DNA of 64,000 bases from Sedimentisphaerales bacterium (GTDB lineage Bacteria > Planctomycetota > Phycisphaerae > Sedimentisphaerales > Anaerobacaceae): positions 416,001 to 480,000 of the forward strand of contig OY970194.1 of assembly GCA_963708075.1 (NCBI GenBank), given 5' to 3'. This document shows positions 1-10,513 of this stretch, one piece after another (position 1 is the stretch's first letter; every line of letters begins with the position of its first letter). The translations under genes were made by a program, and so were the position numbers. The notes beneath the pieces were generated by a model. It did not search any database. It saw nothing but the letters and a program-made list of their open reading frames with translations, and was not told where the DNA came from.

Positions 1-177
1 TCACCGGCCACGGTCAGCCCCTCCGAATTGACCATCTTACCATTCGCTATTCAGTTGCATTAGCATCATACAAACATTAGCATTTTCCGTCAAGTGAAAT
101 CCTGTCGATGCACAGATTTGTGTCGGCGGTAAGTCGTTGCGTGACACGGATTTACACGAGATGTCACGGATTCTCAT

Positions 178-227
178 ATCATTCCCGCGAAGGGCCTGCC
201 CTCGACCTGATCGGGGGCGGGAATCCA
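178..227 (+). repeat. REP-like palindrome (TCATTCCCGCGAAGG...GCGGGAATCCA) with an internal insert
   Basis: ATTCCCGC...GCGGGAAT inverted arms. The same family occurs as an inverted pair at 10373-10444. Confidence 0.6.
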
Positions 228-294
228 AGATTCATTGTTCTGCCACAGAGGGCACCGAGAACACAGAGAGGGATGTCTCGGGTTGGGTGCCATG

Positions 295-1779
295 CAACGC
301 CGTGAACTTAAGCGGCCTTGGTCTTTTCGTAAATCCTTTTGGCACAGCGTTTTTCCTTCTCATTGGCGGGGCGGATTCTCGGTAGGCCCGCGGGAGGATC
401 GTTCTTCTTGTGCGGCCAATGCCGAGCCTGTTTCGGTCCGCTTCGGACGTAGGCGTCTTTGACTGCCTTTTGCAGTTGAGCCCGAAGACCGGCTCTTCGA
501 GCAGACCGCCCGAGAGGATGCATGATGCGCCGGACCACCCGCAGCGATTCGCATACGCTCCAGCATAGCGGATCCCGCTTGGCCCCGATCAATGCCTCCA
601 CGCTCCACAGACCGACTACCAGATACGCCAGCATCGCCCAGTCCAGTTCCCGCCGGGCCTCCTGCGGACAGCCGCTTCGCATCTTGTGCTGCTCCAGCGT
701 CCGTTTGAACGAGCGATAGAAGACCTCGTGGCCCCACCGCATCCGATAGAACTGACCGATCTGCCGATCCGTCAGGGCCTGCTCCTCCATCACGCTGGTC
801 ACCAGGTACACCGGTGAATGATGCGCCTGCTCGATCCGGATCAGCCGCAGTTGCAACGGCGGACACTTCGATTGTTTTCGCGTCGGCCACAGCCACACCA
901 ACTCGCCCTTGATCTTGACGTGCACATCCGTCAGACCCGTCAGCAGCGTACGGTTCGAACCCATCCGCACCAGAACCTGCACTCCACGATCTACCAGCGA
1001 TCGCAGAAGATCAAAACCCGTAAAGCCGGCGTCCGCCACCAGCAAAGACCTGCTCGGCAGCAATCCCGCCATCGAGTGCAGGTGCGTCTGCTCCGACTGA
1101 ATCCCCGCTCCGATCCGCCACGCCCACGGCAGTCCTGTGCCCAGGTGGTACAGACTGGTCAACGACAACTGCGGCCCCGTCTTCTTGCGACCTGCACAAC
1201 CGAAGCTCTTTTGGTTCCTGGCGGTCCGGGGGACTTCGATCCGTGTGCCATCGGCCGAAAAGGCCAACCAGCCGTCCCGCCGCCAGAACGCACCGGCGAT
1301 GCGACGATGGTGACGCCGAAGGTGGTGTTTGATGGCTTGGCGTTGTTTGCCATTGATCCTGCGGCGGGCCTTGATGTATCCCTGGTAGGTCCCGCCGGGA
1401 CGTTTGCGGCCTCGATACATCTCGATCAGCCCCTGGCGGGCGTGAGTGAACCGATCCTTCAGTGTCCGCGACGGCTCCAACGCCATCAGCACAGACAGGT
1501 AGATCACATACTCCAGCGTCCATCGGCCCACACGACAACCGCTCGTGGACCCCAGAGCCGCCAGAGCCGAAAAAAGGGGGCCATGAAAATCTGACTCATG
1601 GCCGAACGCAACGGCTGCCGATGAAAATGCGTAGAGCCTCTGCTCTCGATCTTTCGAGTGTTCATTGGACACCTCCTTGCTTTGTTGTCCGGACAAATAC
1701 AACATCGGCAAGGAGGCTCTATTCTCTTGCGTTTCCTTCACTTGCGTCTTCTATAATCCCTGAAGAGTTCACGGCGTTG
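295..1779 (-). mobile_element. Complete IS4-family insertion sequence (1485 bp)
   Basis: Perfect 14-bp terminal IRs CAACGCCGTGAACT (295-308) and AGTTCACGGCGTTG (1766-1779). 9-bp target duplication GGTGCCATG at 286-294 and 1780-1788. Encodes a DDE transposase. Confidence 0.92.
308..1665 (-). CDS. IS4-family DDE transposase
   Basis: Motifs FSADGT, LLVADAGF and YRMRWGHEVFYRSFK (IS4 YREK signature). The open frame runs 308-1741, but the best start is the ATG at 1665 (AAGGAGG SD), which needs a frameshift near the C5T6 run at ~1570-1582. Confidence 0.88.
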
Positions 1780-1889
1780 GGTGCCATGCCTATGCTCGCA
1801 TAGGCATGCTCAATCTCCGCAGATGAAACCACGAAGGTCACGGAGAGTACGAAGAATAGCCCAGAGCGACCTTCGGCCACAACCAGATT

Positions 1890-1971
1890 CACGCACGCAG
1901 AGACGCGGAGTCGCAGAGAAAGGCGGGATGAAACATGTTCTAGACTCTGCGTCCCTGCGCCTCTGCGTGAA
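1890..1971. repeat. Inverted pair of 8-bp-period repeats (CGCAGAGA-like / CTCTGCG-like)
   Basis: cgcagagacgcggagtcgcagag and ctctgcgtccctgcgcctctgcgtga. Related 9-bp-period tracts lie at ~244-270 and ~1828-1856. Confidence 0.55.
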
Positions 1972-2205
1972 ATATAACCCCTTAGCTTGCCTTGGCTTAT
2001 GCTACCGCTCTGCAAGGAAGCGAGACTGAACGAGTAGTGGTAGAAAGACTGGCACGAAGGATGTCTGTCTTGATGGTTGACGCGGCGTCCAACTGCGGTT
2101 AGGGTAGTGGTGGTACCGGTGGGACATACGTGCGTTGGAGACCCGCAGCCGTAGTTCTTGCCGTCACGCGCCTGTCCTGCTATGTTGCAGTAACGAGATG
2201 ACAGT

Positions 2206-3060
2206 ATGCTGGAACTGAGCAAGATAAAACCTGTGATCGCGACCACGAAGTCGTGGATACGCATGATCAACTTTCTGGCTCCTGGAAGATGGCTCTCACG
2301 GGCAAGGGCTGTACACATCAAGAGATTGTTTGGTTTTCTTGCCGATGCCGATATCACTACAGGCAGGACTCCTCGTGACGACGTCTGTTCACTGCAATTG
2401 TTCCGAAATTGGCTGACGCATCATTTTCGACGCAGGCGCACCATTACCTACACGGACCAGTTGATGCCTCTTGACCTGAGTAAGGACTTATGCACGATTG
2501 GTGGACCCGTAGACCATCCACTTACGCGATATGCTCTGGGCTACGACCATAGTGGCGAGGAGTGTAATCGAATCCTTCCATTCTTCTTTCCACTGGGTGA
2601 GCCTGTGTCATATAAGCAGCCAGTACTCAGGCTGTGGAAAGGCGAATCGTGGGAAGTCCGCAAGTGGTTCATCAGTGATCGCAACGATCGTCCCCAGTTC
2701 ATCCCTGCTCCTGATCGGAATGGGTATTTGAATAAAGACTACCTAATGCTGGTTGTTGTGCCGAATACTTTTACTGAGGAGGCATTCTATACTGGGCGGA
2801 AGCACATGATCATCGCCGCAACTCACGGTCTTGCCCAGCTAGCCGTCAAGGATATCTTAGATAACGACAGCATCTTGGGGAAGCTATGCAAGGGTCGGGA
2901 GAAGAGTGAATGCTTTCAGGCTATCATTGAGGTCACAGCCAGTCTCACAAGGGATGGTAGGAGCTATGTACCATCGGACTTTACTGTCGCAGCCTGTGAA
3001 CCTGTGAATGTGGGTGATTTCGCCAGCTTCATCAGGTTTAGAGAATGGTTGCAGTCGTGA
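2206..3060 (+). CDS. Hypothetical protein (284 aa) in an AT-richer islet
   Basis: Long ORF with composition unlike the flanking genes. Contains TIGGP, DYLMLVVVPN and IIAATHG segments. No family confidently recognised. Confidence 0.65.
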   Translation: MLELSKIKPVIATTKSWIRMINFLAPGRWLSRARAVHIKRLFGFLADADITTGRTPRDDVCSLQLFRNWLTHHFRRRRTITYTDQLMPLDLSKDLCTIGGPVDHPLTRYALGYDHSGEECNRILPFFFPLGEPVSYKQPVLRLWKGESWEVRKWFISDRNDRPQFIPAPDRNGYLNKDYLMLVVVPNTFTEEAFYTGRKHMIIAATHGLAQLAVKDILDNDSILGKLCKGREKSECFQAIIEVTASLTRDGRSYVPSDFTVAACEPVNVGDFASFIRFREWLQS

Positions 3061-3167
3061 CACGTAGGCACAGTCATGACGGACGGGGAACTCTGAGGCC
3101 GGCCTGGAACTCCGGGCAAGGCAGTACAAGCCGACCCCTGAGGAGCGAGTAGGTCCAAGGAATTGAG

Positions 3168-4147
3168 ATGATTACGAAGAAGACTGTACTGGTGTTGGGA
3201 GCAGGGGCAAGTAAGGCTTATGAATTCCCCCTTGGGAGGCAACTTGTCCGAGACATACGGATTTCGGCCGGTTCTCCTGAGAGGAAGAACTGGTGCATAG
3301 CTTTCCTTGAGTTCCTGCAGAGCAACGCGCCAGAAGAAGTGCCACCATGGAGTGACCTTCCTTCCAAGATGGAACGCCTCAGCAAAGCACTTGGAATGGC
3401 CCGCCCAGCCTCGATTGATCAATTCCTAGCATTACGTCCAGATATCGCAAATGCCGGGAAACTGGAGATTGCCATTCGTCTCTTACAGGCAGAGCAGAAA
3501 TCACGAGAACCCTTTGCAGGACGACAGCACTGATGGGCATTGGTACGATTTCGTGAAGTCGCAGATGGTAGGGCCCATTCGCGTATTTGGGGAAAACCAG
3601 TTGCGTATTATCACGTTCAATTATGACCGGTTCTCTTGAACATTGGCTGTATGAATCCCTTTGGCCCTATTACTCCGCCGATACATCAGAGGAGGAATAC
3701 CGCAACGTGATGAATCAGATTCCAATTCTTCACATCTATGGGAGTCTGGGACCTTTGCCTTGGCAATCGGTCACGGGGATAGTCGGATATGGAGCACAGG
3801 GATATGCGGAAATCTTGATAGCCAGCAAGAGCATTAAGGTTCTTCATGAAGGTACAGCCCATGAAGTCAATGACAACTTCCGGAAGGCTCAAGAGTGGAT
3901 GAGATGGGCCAACCGGATCGTATTTCTGGGCTTCGGATTTCACCCGGACAATGTTGAACGCCTTGGCCTTCGGGATGTACTTAAAGGCAACAAACGCATC
4001 ACAGCTACGTGCAAAGGACTAGACCTGACGAACAAGGAGGCTGTGGAGTTCTGTACCGGAGCACCAAAATCGCGCCCCAGCGTCAACTTCCCTGATTCAA
4101 AGGCCGACTGTTACACACTGCTGCACGATTATGTTGTCCTATCATGA
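3168..4147 (+). CDS. SIR2-like (sirtuin-fold, putative NADase) protein split by two +1 frameshifts
   Basis: Motifs VLVLGAGAS, IITFNYD, ILHIYGSLG and IVFLGFGF are spread over ORFs 3168-3533, 3451-3639 and 3587-4147. Frame changes at ~3512 and ~3631. Confidence 0.8.
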
Positions 4148-4170
4148 GAACGAGAGAGTCACCTATTAGA

Positions 4171-4229
4171 GATATCAGGGGGACACAATACTCAATTCAG
4201 ACCCGAAATAGGTAAGCCGTCCCCGGAAA
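4171..4229. repeat. ~58-bp repeat, copy 1 (RAYT-end-like, imperfect internal palindrome)
   Basis: gatatcagggggacacaatactcaattcagacccgaaataggtaagccgtccccggaaa, closely similar to 4374-4430. The GGGACACAATACT arm matches the reverse complement of 61861-61873. Confidence 0.8.
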
Positions 4230-4373
4230 TCGACGCCTTTCATTCAACCCGGTAGGTAGCCATTGCGTTTCAGGTCCGCCACGAGCTCCTCATGCGAAAT
4301 CGCCGGTTCTTCCCTGCGTTCAGCAAACACGGCTAAGTCCTCGATATCCTCCAGAAGCTCCTCAAACTCTTTG
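4230..4373 (-). pseudogene. Toxin-antitoxin junction fragment: antitoxin 3' end plus first codons of a RelE/ParE-like toxin
   Basis: Reads KEFEELLEDIEDLAVFAERREEPAISHEELVADLKRNGYLPG* (stop 4244-4246), overlapped by MATYRVE*KAS from the ATG at 4263. Confidence 0.65.
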
Positions 4374-4430
4374 GATATCGGGAACACAATACTTAATTCG
4401 GACCCGAAGCAGGTAAGCTGTGCCCGGAAA
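4374..4430. repeat. ~58-bp repeat, copy 2
   Basis: gatatcgggaacacaatacttaattcggacccgaagcaggtaagctgtgcccggaaa, in direct orientation with copy 1. Confidence 0.8.
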
Positions 4431-4933
<503 letters not shown>

Positions 4934-5314
4934 CTACCGACTACCGGCTACTTGCCGGGCGAGGAGGGCGTAGGCGGCCAGGGTCAGGCAGACGAGAGCG
5001 ACGATCAGGAGGATGAAGCCGAAGAGGGTGAGGACTCCGGCGATGAAGCCTTCTTCGAAGTAGGGGGAAGTGGCGGCGTGTTTGCGCAGGCGCGCGCCGG
5101 CGGTGAGCAGGGGCCAGGCGACGCCGAGCAGGCCGACGCCGGCCAGGACGCTTCGCAGGGGGCTGTCGAAGAAGGGCTTTTCCGACTCCGGCAGGAGCAT
5201 CACGACGGTGAAGCATGTGACGGCGATGATAAGGGCGATGGCGATTCTGGCTACGAGGGCCTTTGGGGAGGGCCTCTTTGGGGCATTGCTCTGAATGTCG
5301 TTTGTCTGGTCCAT
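4934..5314 (-). CDS. Small membrane protein (3 predicted TM helices)
   Basis: 126 aa from MDQTND with three hydrophobic segments and GC-rich coding-like codons. Confidence 0.7.
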   Translation of the reverse strand: MDQTNDIQSNAPKRPSPKALVARIAIALIIAVTCFTVVMLLPESEKPFFDSPLRSVLAGVGLLGVAWPLLTAGARLRKHAATSPYFEEGFIAGVLTLFGFILLIVALVCLTLAAYALLARQVAGSR

Positions 5315-5473
5315 AGCGTCACGCTGTTCAAAGGTCGATAGGCTACCACGTACACGATGGCCGGAGGCGGGGCCCGTGTCAACGGAATTTCCTGGGGGGC
5401 AGGGCGGGACCGTTGGGATTTCAGATTTGAGATTTGAGGATTGCGCGTTGACAGGCTTGCTTGTGGTGACGCG

Positions 5474-5785
5474 GTGGAGACGGAAGGTCTTGCGTCTCTC
5501 CAAATGCCCTTACGGGCACACTACAAACGAGCTGCGTATGAAGGCGCTGTGGCGAGGGCATCTTGCCCTTGTTCTTTTGTGTCGAGGGCGTCCCGCCCTC
5601 GAACCGCGGGCAGGATGCCCGCGACACGCAAGGGCAAGATGCCCTCGCCACGATCCCAGGGGCAAACGAGTTTGCCCGTGCCACCCGGCCTGCGGCCCAG
5701 AAGTGGTGGGTGCCATGCTTACGCTCGCGTAAGCATGTCTTCGCCATGCAAAGAACATGTCTACGCGAGCGTAGACATGGCACCC
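5474..5785. repeat. Cluster of several REP-like palindrome families
   Basis: Units at 5474-5501 and 5502-5529; a perfect 23-bp inverted pair 5549-5571/5629-5651 enclosing the pair 5579-5601/5605-5627; a unit at 5663-5685; and the pair 5708-5738/5756-5785. Confidence 0.8.
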
Positions 5786-5988
5786 GACCAGCCGCGATCG
5801 TGATGTAGGCTTCACAGCAAATAACTGCCTTGCGGCTAACGGCTTACTTGCCGTTCAGCAAGAGGCGAGGCGGGAAGTGGGGGATTGACTTAGGGGGCCG
5901 GTGGTTTTTTCGCCTTGCAGGGGGCGGGGGGGCTCGCTTACGATGGGGCAACTGAACTGAGTGCAGGTAGTCGTCAGAAAAGGGCAGG

Positions 5989-6855
5989 ATGATGTCGGAT
6001 AAGCTTCGGATCTTCGATGACGCGAACTTTCGTAACCCGCGGCTGCTGATGGGTTTCTCGGGGTGGATGGACGGCGGCGACGTCTCGACGGGGACGATCA
6101 AGGTGCTGGCCGACCGGCTGTATGCCAAGCGGTTCGCGGAGATCGAGCCGGAGGGCTTCTACCTCTACAATTTCCCCGGGGCGATGGAGGTGACGGCCCT
6201 GTTCCGGCCGCACTGCCGGATCAAGAAGGGCATCATCCGCGAGTTCGAGTTCCCGGAAAACGCCTTTTACGCGGCGGAGAACGAGGACTTGATCCTGTTC
6301 GCGGGCAAGGAGCCCAACCTGGGCTGGGTGGAGTTCGGCGATTGCATCTTCTCGCTGTGCCGGGAGTTCGAGGTCAAGGTAATCTACTTCATTGGCAGCG
6401 TGGCAGGCTTGGTGCCGCACACGCGCGACCCGCGGCTGTTCTGCTCGGTCTCCCATGCGGAGATGAAGCCCCGCTTTCAAAGTTATGGTGTCAAGTTCAG
6501 CGACTACGAGGGCCCGGCCAGTATCGTCACCTATCTCACCACACAGGCGAAGGAGCACGGGATCGAGATGGTCAGCATCGTCGCGACCGTGCCCGCCTAC
6601 GTGCAGGGCAGCAACCCCAAGTGCATCGAGGCGGTGACACGGCGCATGGCGGGCATGCTCGGGGTCCACGTCGATCTGGAAGACCTGCAGGCCGCCGCCG
6701 ATGAGTTCGAGAGGCGGCTGACCGAGGTCGTCCAGGAGCAGCCGGAACTCGCCGAGAACATCGTCAAGCTGGAGCAGGACTACGACAACGAGATCTTCAG
6801 CGAGATGGGCGATTTGAAGAGCTGGCTGCATCAGAAAGGCATCCGGCTCGACTGA
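5989..6855 (+). CDS. PAC2 (proteasome assembly chaperone-like) family protein
   Basis: Motifs GFSGWMDGG, GKEPNL, VPHTR, YEGPASI and VPAY are typical of bacterial PAC2-family proteins. Confidence 0.85.
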   Translation: MMSDKLRIFDDANFRNPRLLMGFSGWMDGGDVSTGTIKVLADRLYAKRFAEIEPEGFYLYNFPGAMEVTALFRPHCRIKKGIIREFEFPENAFYAAENEDLILFAGKEPNLGWVEFGDCIFSLCREFEVKVIYFIGSVAGLVPHTRDPRLFCSVSHAEMKPRFQSYGVKFSDYEGPASIVTYLTTQAKEHGIEMVSIVATVPAYVQGSNPKCIEAVTRRMAGMLGVHVDLEDLQAAADEFERRLTEVVQEQPELAENIVKLEQDYDNEIFSEMGDLKSWLHQKGIRLD

Positions 6856-6919
6856 TCTACGATTTATGATTTACGATTTGTGATTTGAAATCTGCAATCT
6901 GAGATTTGGAGGCTCGACA

Positions 6920-8679
6920 ATGGTACTGGGCATAAAAGGCTTGCGGTTTGCGCTTGTGGCGGTGCTGAGCGTCGCCTTTTCCGCCACCGTGTTCTCGCAG
7001 GAGATCGTCGGTCAGCCGGGCGAGACGCCCGAGCAGCGGGACGCCCGCATGAAATGGTGGCGCGAGGCCCGGTTCGGCATGTTCATCCATTGGGGCGTGT
7101 ACTCCGTGCCCGCCGGGACGTACAAGGGCAAGCAGATCTCCGGCATCGGCGAATGGATCATGAACCGCGGCAAGATCCCTGTCGCCGAGTACAAGCAGTT
7201 CGCCTCGCAGTTCAACCCGGTCCGGTACGACCCGGACGCCTGGGTGCAGCTTGGCCAAGGAAGCGGGCATGAAGTACATCGTCATCACGTCCAAGCACCA
7301 CGACGGCTTCGCCCTGTTCGATTCGAAGGTCACCGACTGGGACGTGGTGGACGCCACGCCCTACGGCAAGGACCTGCTCAAGCCGCTGTCGGAGGCCTGC
7401 GCAAAGCACGGCCTGGTGCTGGGCTTCTACTACTCGCAGGCCCAGGACTGGAACCATCCGGGCGGCGCGGCCGCCGGCGGGCACTGGGACCCCGCCCAGG
7501 ACGGCGACATGGACGCCTACATCCGCAACATCGCCGCCCCGCAGGTGAAAGAGATCCTCTCCAATTACGGCAAGCTCGGCGTCCTCTGGTGGGACACGCC
7601 CGCGGACATGACCAAAGAACGTGCGGACATGCTTCTGCCGCTGACTGGACCTGCAGCCGGGGATCATCACGAACAACCGGCTCGGCGGCGGCTACGGCGG
7701 CGACCTCAGCACGCCCGAGCAGCATATCCCGGCAACCGGCACCCCCGGCCGCGACTGGGAAACCTGCATGACCATGAACGACACCTGGGGCTTCAAGAGC
7801 TACGACCACAACTGGAAGCCCACCGAAACCCTTATCCGCAACCTTGTCGATATCGCCAGCAAGGGCGGCAACTACCTCCTCAATGTCGGCCCGACCTGCC
7901 TGGGCGAGATTCCCGAGCCGAGCGTCGAGCGGCTCAAGGAAATCGGCAAGTGGATGAAGGTCAATGGTGAGTCGATTTACGCCACGACGGCCAGCCCGTT
8001 CTACCGCCTGCCCTGGGGCCGTTGCACGAAGAAGCTCCACGACGGCGGCGCCACGCTGTACCTGCACGTCTTCAATTGGCCCAGTGACGGCAAGCTGCTT
8101 GTGCCCGGCCTGCGCAACGAGGTCCGCAGCGCCTGGCTGCTCGCCACGGACAAAACGTTGAAGGCTACCGCCGGCGACGACGGCGTGCTCGTCGAAGTCC
8201 CTTCGGAGTCGCTGGACGCCATCGACACGGTCGTCGCACTCGAAGTCAAAGGCGAATTGAACGTGGAGATGGCCCTGCCCGGACAGGAGGCGGACGGGAC
8301 GCTCACATTGCCCGCGGACCTGGCAGAAATCCGCGGCACGGCCCAGCTTGAGGCCGTCGGCGGCCAGCCGAACATCGGCTACTGGACGAATGCCCGCGAC
8401 TCGATCGCTTGGCGGTTCAAGATGAGCAGGCCCGGCCGCTTTGATGTCGTCGCTGCCATCGCCACGCCGGCCGAAGTCAGCAAGTTCGAGATCGCCGTCG
8501 GCGATCAGAAGCTTGCCGCCGAGGTCGCCAGCACCGGCAGCTATCAGACTTTCAAAGTCGTGAAACTCGGCGCCGTCGAGCTGAAGCAGCCGGGCGTCAC
8601 CGAGCTGAGCATCACGCCGATCCGAAACCAGTGGCAGGCCATCAACCTCCGCTCGATCACGCTCAAACCGGCCGAATAA
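6920..8679 (+). CDS. Alpha-L-fucosidase (GH29) with C-terminal carbohydrate-binding-like domain; two frameshifts
   Basis: WWREARFGMFIHWG, AGMKYIVITSKHHDGF, LWWD, WETCMTMNDTWG and GGNYLLNVGP. Signal peptide. Frame changes at ~7251 and ~7644. Confidence 0.92.
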
Positions 8680-8743
8680 GTCCGTCGCGCGCGGAGCGTG
8701 GGCCGACATCCTGCCACGCAGACTGTTGAATGAAGGAGCGACT

Positions 8744-9274
8744 ATGGGAGAGCCGACGGTCTACGAGGAATTCCCGAAGCGGATTGTGCTGTTGTCCAAC
8801 CTTCTTTCCGTCTCCATCTACGGGATCGGGGCCTGCCTGATGGCCGGACTTGGCATCTGGGCGCTGGCTGCTTACGTCGTCTACTGCGGCTGGATGGAGA
8901 TCCGCTTGCTCCGGCACGGTTGTGTGAACTGCTGCTACTACGGCAAGACGTGTGCCTTCGGCAGGGGCCGCCTGTGCGCTCTACTGTTCAGGCAGGGAGA
9001 CCCTCAGCGGTTCGCCCAGGCGGAAATCTCCTGGTCCGACCTGCTCCCGGACTTCGCGGTATCTCTCCTGCCCGCGGCCGCTGCTATTATCCTGCTGGTC
9101 ACAGATTTCAGGTGGGTGACCCTGGCCCTGCTGGCGGCTCTTCTCATCCTGACCTTCTGGGGCAACGCCGTGGTGCGTGGCTCCTTCACGTGCCCACACT
9201 GTCGCCAGCGTCAGATCGGCTGCCCGGCCGAGAGGTTGTTCGGCAAATCCTCCCGGAAGTCCGCCACGGCGTGA
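8744..9274 (+). CDS. Cys-rich membrane protein of unknown function
   Basis: AAGGAG SD. Four hydrophobic segments. CVNCCYYGKTC and CPHCRQRQIGCP motifs. Confidence 0.75.
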   Translation: MGEPTVYEEFPKRIVLLSNLLSVSIYGIGACLMAGLGIWALAAYVVYCGWMEIRLLRHGCVNCCYYGKTCAFGRGRLCALLFRQGDPQRFAQAEISWSDLLPDFAVSLLPAAAAIILLVTDFRWVTLALLAALLILTFWGNAVVRGSFTCPHCRQRQIGCPAERLFGKSSRKSATA

Positions 9275-9311
9275 TTTCACGACAACCGCTGCTGGCAGCC
9301 GCGACCTGGTG

Positions 9312-9340
9312 TTGAATCATACCCGGCGAGGGGCTATAAT
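9312..9340 (+). promoter_or_regulatory. Putative sigma70 promoter for the aldo/keto reductase gene
   Basis: TTGAAT-17 bp-TATAAT. Confidence 0.55.
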
Positions 9341-9433
9341 GAAAGCCCGGCAGGCTGGGGATGCCGGCTTGTGGATTGGTACACTGCGAAAGGGGCAATT
9401 GTCATGCAGAGACAGACGGGCGGTTCGAGAGAC

Positions 9434-10345
9434 ATGATGCGGGAGTTCAACCGGAGGCAATTCATTACGGCGTTGGCGGGGGCGGGGGTTCTCGCTGTTG
9501 GGGGACGGTCGGTCTCGGCAGGGCAGGTGAGCAAGCCCGCCGGGGCGAGCCCGACCACGGAGATCGTGACGCTGGGGCGGACGGGGATCAAGGCCACGCG
9601 GCTGGCCCAGGGCACGGGCTGGAACGGCGGGGGACGGTCCTCGGCCCATACGCGGCTGGGCGAGAAGGCCTTCAACGAGCTGATCCGCCACGGCTTGGAG
9701 CGGGGCATCGCGTTCTTTGACTGTGCCGACCTGTATGGGTCGCATCCGTACCTTCGTACGGCGCTCAACGGCGTGCCGCGCGACAAGTACATCCTGCTGA
9801 GCAAGCTCTGGCCGCGGACCGAATACTGGAACTCCGCGTCCGGCGGGGCCAAGGCCGAGGTGGATCGCTTCCGAAAAGAGCTGAGGTCCGAGGTCATCGA
9901 CATCTGCCTGATCCATTGCATGACGAACGACAAGTGGCCGGACGAGTACAAGCGCATCCGCGACGAGCTTTCCGAACTGAAGGACAAGGGTGCGGTCCGG
10001 GCCGTCGGCGTCTCCTGTCACGACCTCGGAGCCTTGAAGGTCGCGTGCACGCACCCCTGGACGGACGTCGTGTTGGCCCGCATCAACAACGCGGGCAAAG
10101 AGGCGGCGATGGACGCGCCGGTCGAGGAGGTCACGCCGGTCCTCAAGCAGGCCCGGGCCAGTGGCAAGGTCATTCTCGGCATGAAAGTCTTCGGCGCCGG
10201 CAAGCTGACCCAGCCGGAGCAGAAGGACGCCTCGCTGAAGTTCGTCTGGGGCAACGGCCTGGTGGACGCCGTCACTATCGGCATGCTCAGCCCGCAGGAG
10301 ATCGACGACACCATCGAGCGGATGAACAAAGCCCTCAAGGCCTGA
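9434..10345 (+). CDS. Aldo/keto reductase with Tat signal
   Basis: NRRQF twin-arginine motif. LGRTGIK, FFDCADLYGSH, IDICLIH, VGVSCH and GMKVFGAG. Start codon uncertain. Confidence 0.88.
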   Translation: MMREFNRRQFITALAGAGVLAVGGRSVSAGQVSKPAGASPTTEIVTLGRTGIKATRLAQGTGWNGGGRSSAHTRLGEKAFNELIRHGLERGIAFFDCADLYGSHPYLRTALNGVPRDKYILLSKLWPRTEYWNSASGGAKAEVDRFRKELRSEVIDICLIHCMTNDKWPDEYKRIRDELSELKDKGAVRAVGVSCHDLGALKVACTHPWTDVVLARINNAGKEAAMDAPVEEVTPVLKQARASGKVILGMKVFGAGKLTQPEQKDASLKFVWGNGLVDAVTIGMLSPQEIDDTIERMNKALKA

Positions 10346-10372
10346 GAGCCTTCAAGGGAATAGCCCCATCAT

Positions 10373-10444
10373 GTCACCCCCGCGCAGGCGGGGGGGCCAG
10401 AATAGTGCGATGTGTGGCTGGATTCCCGCCTCCGCGGGAATGAC
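10373..10444. repeat. Inverted REP pair between convergent genes
   Basis: gtcacccccgcgcaggcgggggg ... ctggattcccgcctccgcgggaatgac. Confidence 0.75.
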
Positions 10445-10513
10445 ATACGGGTGGGGTTTGCCATGTTTTCATCGTGCCAGAGGCTCTGAGCGACGTTGGC
10501 CGCAGGCGGACAG

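Noticed and set aside
4171..4430. CRISPR array
   Set aside because: Only two imperfect ~58-bp repeats with a 144-bp interval, and no cas genes in the window.
5295..5815. Several overlapping 80-145 aa ORFs
   Set aside because: They are translations of the REP cluster.
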